DNA of 64,000 bases. Origin: Alphaproteobacteria bacterium (GTDB lineage Bacteria > Pseudomonadota > Alphaproteobacteria > Rs-D84). This document shows, piece by piece, positions 1 through 7,655 of this stretch. The stretch lies in assembly GCA_015062545.1 (NCBI GenBank), contig SUUL01000002.1, forward strand, positions 19,175-83,174. The letters run 5' to 3'. Each line of letters starts with the position of its first letter. Positions within the stretch are counted from its first letter, which is position 1. The notes under the pieces were generated by a model that saw only the letters and a list, made by a program, of their open reading frames with translations, was not told where the DNA came from and made no database searches. Position numbers and translations under genes: made by a program.

Positions 1-35
1 GATAAAAACAAAGCGCGTATATTAAAAGGAAATTG

Positions 36-58
36 AAACCCGCCAGATGGCGGGTTTT
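36..58. terminator. GC hairpin with flanking A/T runs (bidirectional-looking terminator)
   Basis: AAACCCGCC-AGAT-GGCGGGTTT followed by TTAT; overlaps the stop of the kinase-like gene. Confidence 0.55.
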
Positions 59-653
59 ATTTCTGGCGCATCAGGCGCATAATATGCGCCATCAAACGTG
101 GATTATATTTATTCTTAATCGGTTGCAAGATATAATCTATGTCCAGACCCGAATTCAAAAAGTCAATCGGATCGCATGTGTTCATACGTCTGACATCAAG
201 ATCGTTCGGCATGTTCGCACGCCCTGCAACGGTGTCAAAATTATTTTCAGGTGGCAAGAAATACGCAACACGAAAATTGTATTCTGAATCCAACCCTTGT
301 TTTTTGAACCAATCTATTAACTGACGTGAATAACGTGGCTGAATTACGTCATATATCAAGTTCTGCCCCAAATTATCATATACTTCAAATTCTGGTATGC
401 CGTACATCCATTTTGGTGTTCCGGGGGTCCATAGGCCTTCATTAACCCATAAATGTGTCGCCAAGGGCGCAGTATCAAAATACGCTTCGTCACGAAAGAA
501 ATATGGCGCGCCCTCGCTTTCGCCAGCACGCATGGGACGTGTGGTCGCAGAACGTAAATTGTAAAATAATCCGCGCGGTAATGTATTTTTTACAAAATAC
601 GACTTGCCGCTGCCTGACAGACCATTACATAGCAAAAGTGTTTTCTTTTTCAT
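57..653 (-). CDS. Divergent guanylate-kinase-like P-loop nucleoside monophosphate kinase
   Basis: ORF 57..695 trimmed to the MKKKTLLL start (ATG 651-653). Walker A GLSGSGKS plus guanylate-kinase signature TTRPMRAGESEGAPYFF. Confidence 0.6.
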   Translation of the reverse strand: MKKKTLLLCNGLSGSGKSYFVKNTLPRGLFYNLRSATTRPMRAGESEGAPYFFRDEAYFDTAPLATHLWVNEGLWTPGTPKWMYGIPEFEVYDNLGQNLIYDVIQPRYSRQLIDWFKKQGLDSEYNFRVAYFLPPENNFDTVAGRANMPNDLDVRRMNTCDPIDFLNSGLDIDYILQPIKNKYNPRLMAHIMRLMRQK

Positions 654-697
654 GATGTAACTCCATAAATATGCCCCGCATGGGCGGGGCGACAATA

Positions 698-2779
698 CTA
701 GTCTTCCAAGAAACTGCGCAATTTACGTGCGCGCGTTGGATGCTTTAACTTGTTCAACGCTTTTTGTTCAATCTGACGGATACGTTCGCGGGTTACACCA
801 ATGTATTCGCCAACCTCTTCCAAGGTGCTGGTTTTATTGGTGGACATACCGAAACGTTGACGCAGAACGGTTTCTTCCTTGGGATCCAATTCAGACAAAA
901 TCTGTGTTACAATCTTGCGCAGATTCTTTTGCGCGGCAGATGTAAATGGATTCTTGGCTGTTTCGTCCGCAATAATTTCAATACGAGAACTGTCGTCTTC
1001 GGTGCCAACAGGTGCTTCTAATGAAATTGGTTTCAGATTAACCTTCATTGCCTTGTGAATCTTGTCAACCGGCAGATAGATAATCTTGGACAATTCTTCG
1101 GCAGTTGGCTGACGACCGTATTTATGCATAAACTGACGTGATGCACGTTGAATCTTGTGTATATTATCAATCATATGCACAGGGATACGAATTGTGCGTG
1201 CCTGATCCGCAATACTGCGTGAAATGCCCTGCTGAATCCAGTTTGTCGCGTACGTAGAGAATTTGTTACCTAAACGATAATCAAACTTGTCCACAGCCTT
1301 CATCAAACCGATATTGCCGTCCTGAACCAAGTCTGAAAAATCCAATCCCAGACCGCGATTACTGGATTTCTTGGCGAATTTGATTACCAGACGCAAGTTG
1401 GCTTCTATCATTTCGCGCTTGGCACGTGCCGCTTCGGTTTGACCACGGCGCACCAATTCAACAACCTTTTTATATTCAGATGTAGGCTGGCCCGTTTCTG
1501 TTGCAATCGCCGTAATGTCATCTTGGATTTTCAAGATGTCATCGCCATGTTTCTTGGCGAAGTTTGACCATGCTGTATTCTTGTGCTTGGACAGTTTCTT
1601 GACCCAATTACGGTTCAATTCGTTGCCCGCATATTCCGCCAAGAAATCTTCACGTTTAATCTTGTTTGCCAATGCCAAACGTAACAATTTCCCTTCCAGC
1701 CCCATTAACAACTGGTCACGTTTAGTCAACTGTTCCAAAATTTCCGCAATACGATCATCGTTCAAGCGAATCTTGCTGACATGTTCGAACAATTCCAGAC
1801 GCATTTTGGTATATTTCTTTTCCAATGTCGCATCTGGTGTATCAGATGTCAACAAATTGTCCAAACGTTTTGCCTGCAATTTCTGCATGCTGTTAAAGAT
1901 ACGTTTAATCTTGGCAAATAAATCCAAAACCATTGGCATCAAAGATTCTTCCATTACAGGAATTGGAACACCAGATGTGCCGCGTGGTGTATCTTCTTTC
2001 TTGATACCATCTTCGTCATCATCTTCTTCGTCTTCGTCATCTTCTTCAACGGATGCATCTGCCAAATCGTCCAAATCATCATCATCCAATTCGTCAACAT
2101 GTTCCACTCCCTTGGATTTCAGGGCTTCGGACAAGGCGGCCAATGATTTTTGTTCGGAATCACTGGAATACATAACTTCTAAATTAACGATATAGCGCAA
2201 ACGAATATCTTCGTTCAGCAACTGTTGATACCAATCCAGCATTGCCTGAATAGTCATCGGGCTTTCGCACAGACCATACACCATCAAACGGGATGCGGCC
2301 TCGATACGTTGCGCGATGGCAACTTCGCCCGCAGCGGTCAGCAACTGAACCGTACCAATTTGTTTCAGGTATGATTGAACAGAATCTTGAACACCCAACA
2401 CCAAAGAGCCTGTCTGGCTGCGTTCCAGCTGTTTGGCATAGTGTTCATAGTCGTCATCGTTGACATCAACCTGTTCGGCATCCGCATTCAGCAAGTTACG
2501 TGTTTTATCGCGCGGTTCGTCATCTTCGTCCGTCCCGTAATAGCGATTCAAATCCTGGGGATAATTATCCGATTCCAAGATTTCCAACCCCAGGTCTTGC
2601 TGAAAGAAATCCAAAACTTCATCATGTTCTTCGGCAGGAACTTCGTCCGCTTCGGTGGCATCATCAAAATCCATACGTGACAGATAGCCAACCTCTACCG
2701 CAGATTGCGCCAATTTTTGCAGATTTTCAGGCAAAGAATCTATTAACAATTTTGTTGCCTGATCCAATTTTTTTACCAT
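698..2779 (-). CDS. rpoD: RNA polymerase primary sigma factor (sigma-70)
   Basis: 693 aa. Region 2 [35 protein letters not shown], region 4 [19 protein letters not shown], acidic spacer. Confidence 0.95.
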   Translation of the reverse strand: MVKKLDQATKLLIDSLPENLQKLAQSAVEVGYLSRMDFDDATEADEVPAEEHDEVLDFFQQDLGLEILESDNYPQDLNRYYGTDEDDEPRDKTRNLLNADAEQVDVNDDDYEHYAKQLERSQTGSLVLGVQDSVQSYLKQIGTVQLLTAAGEVAIAQRIEAASRLMVYGLCESPMTIQAMLDWYQQLLNEDIRLRYIVNLEVMYSSDSEQKSLAALSEALKSKGVEHVDELDDDDLDDLADASVEEDDEDEEDDDEDGIKKEDTPRGTSGVPIPVMEESLMPMVLDLFAKIKRIFNSMQKLQAKRLDNLLTSDTPDATLEKKYTKMRLELFEHVSKIRLNDDRIAEILEQLTKRDQLLMGLEGKLLRLALANKIKREDFLAEYAGNELNRNWVKKLSKHKNTAWSNFAKKHGDDILKIQDDITAIATETGQPTSEYKKVVELVRRGQTEAARAKREMIEANLRLVIKFAKKSSNRGLGLDFSDLVQDGNIGLMKAVDKFDYRLGNKFSTYATNWIQQGISRSIADQARTIRIPVHMIDNIHKIQRASRQFMHKYGRQPTAEELSKIIYLPVDKIHKAMKVNLKPISLEAPVGTEDDSSRIEIIADETAKNPFTSAAQKNLRKIVTQILSELDPKEETVLRQRFGMSTNKTSTLEEVGEYIGVTRERIRQIEQKALNKLKHPTRARKLRSFLED

Positions 2780-2827
2780 TAATCACCCTTTCGCAGTTTT
2801 TAATGTTTTCCAAATGGTTTATTAAGA

Positions 2828-3373
2828 TTATTTCTTTTTAGTTGCCTTGTTGGCCTGCTTTTGCGCCTTGGCAACCGCATCATGGATTGCAGATTCAGAC
2901 ACCAATCCCAATACGATTGGGCTTTGGATTTGAATAATTGAATATGACTTGTGTGTTTTATTGCGTACAGATGCAACCGTTGGGTTTGTACTGCGCATCA
3001 AGCGTGCAATCTGACCATCCGACAATTCTGGGTAATTCTTGACAATCCACAAGATACCGCCCAGACGATTTTGACGATGCAATTTTGGCGTATAACCAAC
3101 ACCCTTTTTGTTTTGCTTCTGTTGTGCATCAACGATTTCCTTGCGCAGGGTCAAACGCGCAGAAGAATCTGCTTCGCAATTTTCAATATCTTCACGTGTC
3201 AACTGACCGCTTAAAATTGGGTTCAATGGTTGAATTTTGTATGTTTCCGCATCCGCGATATTTTTAACTTCAAGTTCATGCAAGCCGCAGAATTCTGCGA
3301 TTTGTTCAAATGTCAACGCTGTGTTTTCAATTAACCACAAGGCTGTTGATTTAGGCATATATGGATAGTTCAT
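2828..3373 (-). CDS. DUF1013 family protein (TrcR-like, alphaproteobacterial)
   Basis: MPKSTALWLIENTALTFEQIAEFCGLHELEVKNIADAE matches the conserved DUF1013 N-terminus. Start trimmed to MNYPYMPK. Confidence 0.8.
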   Translation of the reverse strand: MNYPYMPKSTALWLIENTALTFEQIAEFCGLHELEVKNIADAETYKIQPLNPILSGQLTREDIENCEADSSARLTLRKEIVDAQQKQNKKGVGYTPKLHRQNRLGGILWIVKNYPELSDGQIARLMRSTNPTVASVRNKTHKSYSIIQIQSPIVLGLVSESAIHDAVAKAQKQANKATKKK

Positions 3374-3461
3374 GGAAATTTCCTCTATTGTTAACGGGGG
3401 CAATATACACTAATATTGCCCCAATTTCAACATATTTTTATTATTTTTTTATTTTTATGGC

Positions 3462-4880
3462 TTATGCTTTTTTGACGATTTTATATCCGTCTTTGCCGTC
3501 CAGTATTGTCCAACCGGCGGCATCTATTTGTGCGCGCAAACTGTCTGCGGTTGCCCAATCCTTGGCGGCCTTGGCATCGGCACGGGCAGCAGCCATTGCA
3601 ACAATTTCGTCTGGGGCGGATTCTGATTCCAGTGCCACCAGTTTTTTTGCACGGTCAATAAATTGCAATCCCAACAGTCGGTCGATAAATTCAAATAACG
3701 CCAATTTTGTCGCAGGGTTAACAGTCGCGTCTTTTAATAATTCTTGAATAACGACCAATGATTCCGCAGTTTTGAAATTGTCTGATGCGGGTGCCAAAAT
3801 TTTATCGTGCCATGTGTTATAAGCACTGGAATCCAGTTCGCCAATATTGTCAGCGTTCATTAAATCTGCAATTTTACGAACAATATTTTTATATCCATTT
3901 GCCGCCGCATCCAATGATTCAAATGAAAATTCCAGTGGTTGGCGATAATGGCTTTGCAGTAATAAATATCTGTATGCCATTGGGTCATATCCGCGTTCAA
4001 CCAATGTACGTACAGTATATGCAGTCCCGGCAGATTTAGACATTTTACCATCTTTTAACAACAACCATTCGAAATGTGTCCAATATGAAACCCATGGCGC
4101 ACCGACCAATGGTTCGCTTTGGGCGATTTCGTTAGAGTGGTGTACTTTTGCGTGTTCTTGTCCCCCAACATGCAGGTCAAAATGTTTGCCCAGGTATTTC
4201 ATACTCATGGCGCTGCATTCAATGTGCCAGCCTGGGAATCCGACACCCCATGGACTGTCCCATTCCATTTGGCGTTTGGTGTCTGTGGGTGAAAATTTCC
4301 ATAATGCAAAGTCTGTTGAATTTCTTTTACCACTGTCATCAATGCGGGCACCACCACGTAATTCGGATAAATTTTGACCGCCCAATGCGCCGTATGCAGC
4401 AAATTTAGATGTGTCATAGTATATTCCATCGCCCGGGATTTCGTATGTGTACCCCAATGCTTCTAACTGTTTTACTTGTTCAATTTGTTCGGCAATGTGA
4501 TCTGTGGCGCGTGGCGTGTATGTTGGACGAATAATGTTTAACAAGTCAGAATCATGTAAAAAGTTGTCTATGTATTTTTGTGCAACATCCCATACAGACA
4601 GGTTTTCACGTGCAGCGCCCTTTTCCATTTTATCGTCACCTGTATCACCGTCACTGGTTAAATGACCAACGTCTGTAAAGTTCATAACATGTGTGACATC
4701 GTATCCATTTTCGATAAATACACGTTTGATAATATCACTGTTGACAATTGTACGCATATTGCCAATATGTGCATCCCAGTAAACCGTTGGACCGCATGTA
4801 TAAAACCCCATTTTTCCGGGTTGTAATGGTTTAAATTCTTCCAATTTTCTGGACATGGTATTGTATAATTTAATTATCAT
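3462..4880 (-). CDS. cysS: Cysteine--tRNA ligase
   Basis: 472 aa. HIGN (class I HIGH) and KMSKS motifs; N-terminus LYNTMSRKLEEFKP typical of CysS. Confidence 0.95.
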   Translation of the reverse strand: MIIKLYNTMSRKLEEFKPLQPGKMGFYTCGPTVYWDAHIGNMRTIVNSDIIKRVFIENGYDVTHVMNFTDVGHLTSDGDTGDDKMEKGAARENLSVWDVAQKYIDNFLHDSDLLNIIRPTYTPRATDHIAEQIEQVKQLEALGYTYEIPGDGIYYDTSKFAAYGALGGQNLSELRGGARIDDSGKRNSTDFALWKFSPTDTKRQMEWDSPWGVGFPGWHIECSAMSMKYLGKHFDLHVGGQEHAKVHHSNEIAQSEPLVGAPWVSYWTHFEWLLLKDGKMSKSAGTAYTVRTLVERGYDPMAYRYLLLQSHYRQPLEFSFESLDAAANGYKNIVRKIADLMNADNIGELDSSAYNTWHDKILAPASDNFKTAESLVVIQELLKDATVNPATKLALFEFIDRLLGLQFIDRAKKLVALESESAPDEIVAMAAARADAKAAKDWATADSLRAQIDAAGWTILDGKDGYKIVKKA

Positions 4881-5073
4881 AATGCGTTCCTTTTCCGATT
4901 TAAGTTCGTTGAGATTTTAGTAATTGTGTGATTGAAATGCAAACAAATAAGTTCGCCAAAGATGCAAATTAACAACAACAGTAAAAATTGATAAAACGAA
5001 TTGTCATTGTGTGACTATTATGCCACATAAGATAAAACGAAGTCAAGAATCTTTGTTTTTTGGATTTTCGTGC

Positions 5074-5102
5074 TTGCATTTGATTTAGTGTTTATATATA
5101 AT
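5074..5102 (+). promoter_or_regulatory. Sigma-70-type promoter for tRNA-Ser
   Basis: TTGCAT-17 nt-TATAAT, ending 11 nt before the tRNA 5' end. Confidence 0.55.
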
Positions 5103-5113
5103 AACCCACGCAC

Positions 5114-5201
5114 GGAGCGTTGGCAGAGTGGTAATGCAGCAGATTGCTAATCTGTGACCGAAATTTTTGGTCCATAGGTTCGAGTCCTATACGCTCCGCC
5201 A
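5114..5201 (+). tRNA. tRNA-Ser (anticodon GCT)
   Basis: Acceptor GGAGCGT/ACGCTCC plus G-CCA. Anticodon loop TTGCTAA, long variable arm GACCGAAATTTTTGGTC, T-loop GGTTCGAGTCC. Confidence 0.9.
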
Positions 5202-5209
5202 GAAAATTC

Positions 5210-5236
5210 AACCCGCCATTTGGCGGGTTTAATTTT
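5210..5236 (+). terminator. Intrinsic terminator after tRNA-Ser
   Basis: ACCCGCC-ATTT-GGCGGGT followed by TTTAATTTT. Confidence 0.7.
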
Positions 5237-5275
5237 GTGCTGCGGACGTTTATTTTTACAATTTTTTGTAAACTT

Positions 5276-5298
5276 AAAATCCCCGTGTGGGGGATTTT
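5276..5298 (-). terminator. Terminator hairpin of Cys-rich gene A (duplicated at 26741-26764)
   Basis: AAAATCCCC-GTGTG-GGGGATTTT directly after the stop codon. Near-identical to the hairpin after the paralogue. Confidence 0.65.
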
Positions 5299-6948
5299 TT
5301 ATTCACTGTACGGGCAGTATGGATTGAATTGATATATACCATGCAACCCCCTGAATTTGTGATCGATTGCGATATGACAGTCCGAGATCTTTGTAGCGGC
5401 CTGTGGACTGGTGGCAGGAACTGTAATTTTGCTGCCGCTGGCGCTTAGGGCTGTGTGCGAGGGGCAATCTTTACATTCTGTCTGTCCCACCTGGTTTTGA
5501 TATGAACCCGCTTCACAATTATAACAATAGTCCATCCCTTCGTCATATTGATAGGTACCCTTTGGGCAATCAAGACACATTCCGCGTTTATTATATTGCC
5601 CCGCAGGACACCAGTCGCTGCAATTCAAGTTATAATTATAACCGGCGGATAATTCTTCAAGAAAAGACCCAAGTGTGACATCAGAACCTTCAAAAAATTC
5701 AAGGATAGGTTCGTATGCATAACTCATACGTGTCAGATTATTATGACAGATTTCCACTTCTTCTTCATTTTCCCATTCCGACATATTGTCGCACGCCGTA
5801 TCTCTTAACGTGTAATAATCTTCATTGGGCGAATCGTTATACGCATCAATTAAATATTCCAACACGTCACAACTATGTACGGGTGTACAAACATCGCCAT
5901 ATTCATCATGCAGATATGCGTATGGGCCATAAGGATCATCACCGACCGCATCCAATGCCGCATTATATATTTCACAATTTTTGGCTATATTATAGTGGCA
6001 ATCATAAGCAACTTCAACATCTGGAATAACCCGCCTACAAATATCGTAATAATTGCTTTGATACATATTTTCATATGTATAACCACATGTAAGTGTATCC
6101 CCGGTATTACGATAATGTGCATACACGGCATCCATTACATCGCAGCGTGGTCCAGATACTGATGCCAAACATTCCGTTCCGTAACGGTAATCAGCATATA
6201 AAAATATTTGTGTTAAATCAGAATCCTCCCACTCTGAGTCATGACACAACGAACGTATATAAGATTCTTTATTGTTCAGAATCTCAGCGTAGCAATCGTC
6301 ATCCCCGCCACATGCCGCTTCTATCCCGGTATTCAAAAGTTCACCATCATCTGAACAATTGTAAACATACGTACCCGATTCATTAGCATCATTATGCGCT
6401 TCAACCAACGCTTGCAAATACGCACAATCAACACTCGTGCCAGTTCCACCCCACACACGAGGGGACGCAGTACAACTGTCACATACATATCTTGTGCCTT
6501 CCTCTTCCCAAGAATAATTAATTGAAGTACATTCATCGGGAAAATCATCCTCTGTCGTAGAACAAACATTATACCTGTCAATATACCCATAACTATTTTC
6601 TATACAGCATCGCGCGCATCGTGAATCTGGATTACAGTCGGGCACAACCTCGCACGAATTTGGATCGTCCGTACAATACCCATCGTAACACTCGCTTTCA
6701 CAATTCTCGCCATAATAATCTGACAAACCATTTTCATGGCAACAATACCCATAGTCAGCACCATCGCCGCCACCGCCACCAGGTTCAAGAATTTCAGAAC
6801 AATCGTTTTCTGGGTTCGACACACATTCATCCCAAGAATCGTACTGATTGCCCCACTGATCTTCGTATTCTTCTGCATACGATATGGTGGGGGTAATAAA
6901 AATTGTAAATAATGCAATAAGCGCAGAAAACAGCACAGTTTTTTTCAT
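5299..6948 (-). CDS. Secreted Cys/Asp/Tyr-rich protein with C-terminal ephrin-receptor-like (GCC2_GCC3) repeats, paralogue A
   Basis: 549 aa. Signal peptide MKKTVLFSALIALFTIFITPTISYA. CPKGTYQYDEGMDYCYNCEAGSYQNQVGQTECKDCP near the C-terminus. RBS GGAGAG upstream. Confidence 0.8.
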   Translation of the reverse strand: MKKTVLFSALIALFTIFITPTISYAEEYEDQWGNQYDSWDECVSNPENDCSEILEPGGGGGDGADYGYCCHENGLSDYYGENCESECYDGYCTDDPNSCEVVPDCNPDSRCARCCIENSYGYIDRYNVCSTTEDDFPDECTSINYSWEEEGTRYVCDSCTASPRVWGGTGTSVDCAYLQALVEAHNDANESGTYVYNCSDDGELLNTGIEAACGGDDDCYAEILNNKESYIRSLCHDSEWEDSDLTQIFLYADYRYGTECLASVSGPRCDVMDAVYAHYRNTGDTLTCGYTYENMYQSNYYDICRRVIPDVEVAYDCHYNIAKNCEIYNAALDAVGDDPYGPYAYLHDEYGDVCTPVHSCDVLEYLIDAYNDSPNEDYYTLRDTACDNMSEWENEEEVEICHNNLTRMSYAYEPILEFFEGSDVTLGSFLEELSAGYNYNLNCSDWCPAGQYNKRGMCLDCPKGTYQYDEGMDYCYNCEAGSYQNQVGQTECKDCPSHTALSASGSKITVPATSPQAATKISDCHIAIDHKFRGLHGIYQFNPYCPYSE

Positions 6949-6973
6949 ATCAATCTCTCCGAATTGGTTGTTG

Positions 6974-7026
6974 TGCCTTATAAATGGTTTCTACGCCATG
7001 CCACGATAACACATCGTGACATGGTC
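6974..7026 (-). promoter_or_regulatory. Conserved 5' leader of the Cys-rich genes (dyad 6996-7024 plus GCGTAGAAACCAnTTATAAGGCA box)
   Basis: Part of a 104-nt block (6974-7077) repeated at 30018-30121. Substitutions within the dyad keep pairing on the minus-strand RNA. Confidence 0.6.
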
Positions 7027-7055
7027 ACTATAGTAAAATGCAGAATTTATTGCAA
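7027..7055 (-). promoter_or_regulatory. Sigma-70-type promoter of Cys-rich gene A
   Basis: Minus strand reads TTGCAA-17 nt-TATAGT. The same hexamers and spacing occur at 30071-30099. Confidence 0.6.
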
Positions 7056-7138
7056 CAGCAAAAATAGGTATTTTTTATGCTTTTTTTATGTGCGTATAAA
7101 TGGTAATTTTTTATGTGAAAAATTATGAAAATTTGGAT

Positions 7139-7167
7139 AAAAAAATCCCCACGCAGGTGGGGATTTT
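7139..7167 (-). terminator. Terminator of the cold-shock gene
   Basis: AAAATCCCC-8 nt-GGGGATTTT with a 7-A run on the plus strand (U-run on the minus strand). Confidence 0.7.
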
Positions 7168-7186
7168 AGCAATAGTTTTATAAAAA

Positions 7187-7528
7187 TTATTTCTTCCAAA
7201 AGGCAAAACCACGACGTGCAGATTTTTCTTCACGTTGTTTTCTGTCTTCGGCAGCGCGTCTGCGTTCGGCACGGCGTTCTTGAAAACGGCGCGCGGATTC
7301 TTCGTCACGCTGAACAACAGCGATTGTTGTTGCAGATAATTTACCATTGCGAACTTCTTCTTCAAATTCAACAATGTCATTTTCATTCAAAAATCTGATG
7401 CCGGCAGCCTTTAATGAACTGGAATGAACAAATACATCATCTGTGTTACCTTCTGCGTTTGGTGTATCAGGACTGATGAAACCAAAACACTTCTTGCCAT
7501 TATACCATTTTACTTTTCCTTGACGCAT
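7187..7528 (-). CDS. Cold-shock domain protein with Arg/Glu-rich C-terminal tail
   Basis: GKVKWYNGKKCFGFISPD and DVFVHSSSL (RNP1/RNP2-like CSD motifs). 45-aa basic tail RRFQERRAERRRAAEDRKQREEK. Confidence 0.9.
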   Translation of the reverse strand: MRQGKVKWYNGKKCFGFISPDTPNAEGNTDDVFVHSSSLKAAGIRFLNENDIVEFEEEVRNGKLSATTIAVVQRDEESARRFQERRAERRRAAEDRKQREEKSARRGFAFWKK

Positions 7529-7623
7529 AATCCTATCCTTTCCTTATGCAAGTTATGGTCCCGAGAGACACGTTCAGAACCTGATATAATTTTGACATTT
7601 TTATCAAATTATTGCAAGGGGAA

Positions 7624-7647
7624 TAAAAATGCCCCATTGTGGGGCAT
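7624..7647 (-). terminator. Terminator after the 468-aa ORF
   Basis: ATGCCCC-ATTGT-GGGGCAT, with AAAAA on the plus-strand side (U-run on the minus strand). Confidence 0.7.
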
Positions 7648-7655
7648 GTTATATG

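Noticed and set aside
2009-2098. Asp/Glu-only stretch in rpoD as a possible insertion or repeat expansion
   Set aside because: Acidic non-conserved spacers between regions 1 and 2 are normal in primary sigma factors.
1515-2195. 226-aa plus-strand ORF with a poly-Ser run
   Set aside because: It is the antisense reading of the rpoD acidic spacer: GAT/GAA repeats read as Ser on the other strand. It lies wholly inside a confidently called gene.
5276-5298. The recurring AAAATCCCC...GGGGATTTT and AAACCGCC...GGCGGTTT hairpins as a possible CRISPR or REP-like repeat family
   Set aside because: They are dispersed singly at gene ends, flanked by A/T runs, and have variable loops and stems. That is the behaviour of ordinary intrinsic terminators. 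There is no array and no regularly spaced repeats.
5114-7077. tRNA-Ser-adjacent genomic island carrying Cys-rich gene A
   Set aside because: The location next to a tRNA is suggestive. However, I see no integrase, no direct repeat of the tRNA 3' end, and no obvious compositional break by eye.
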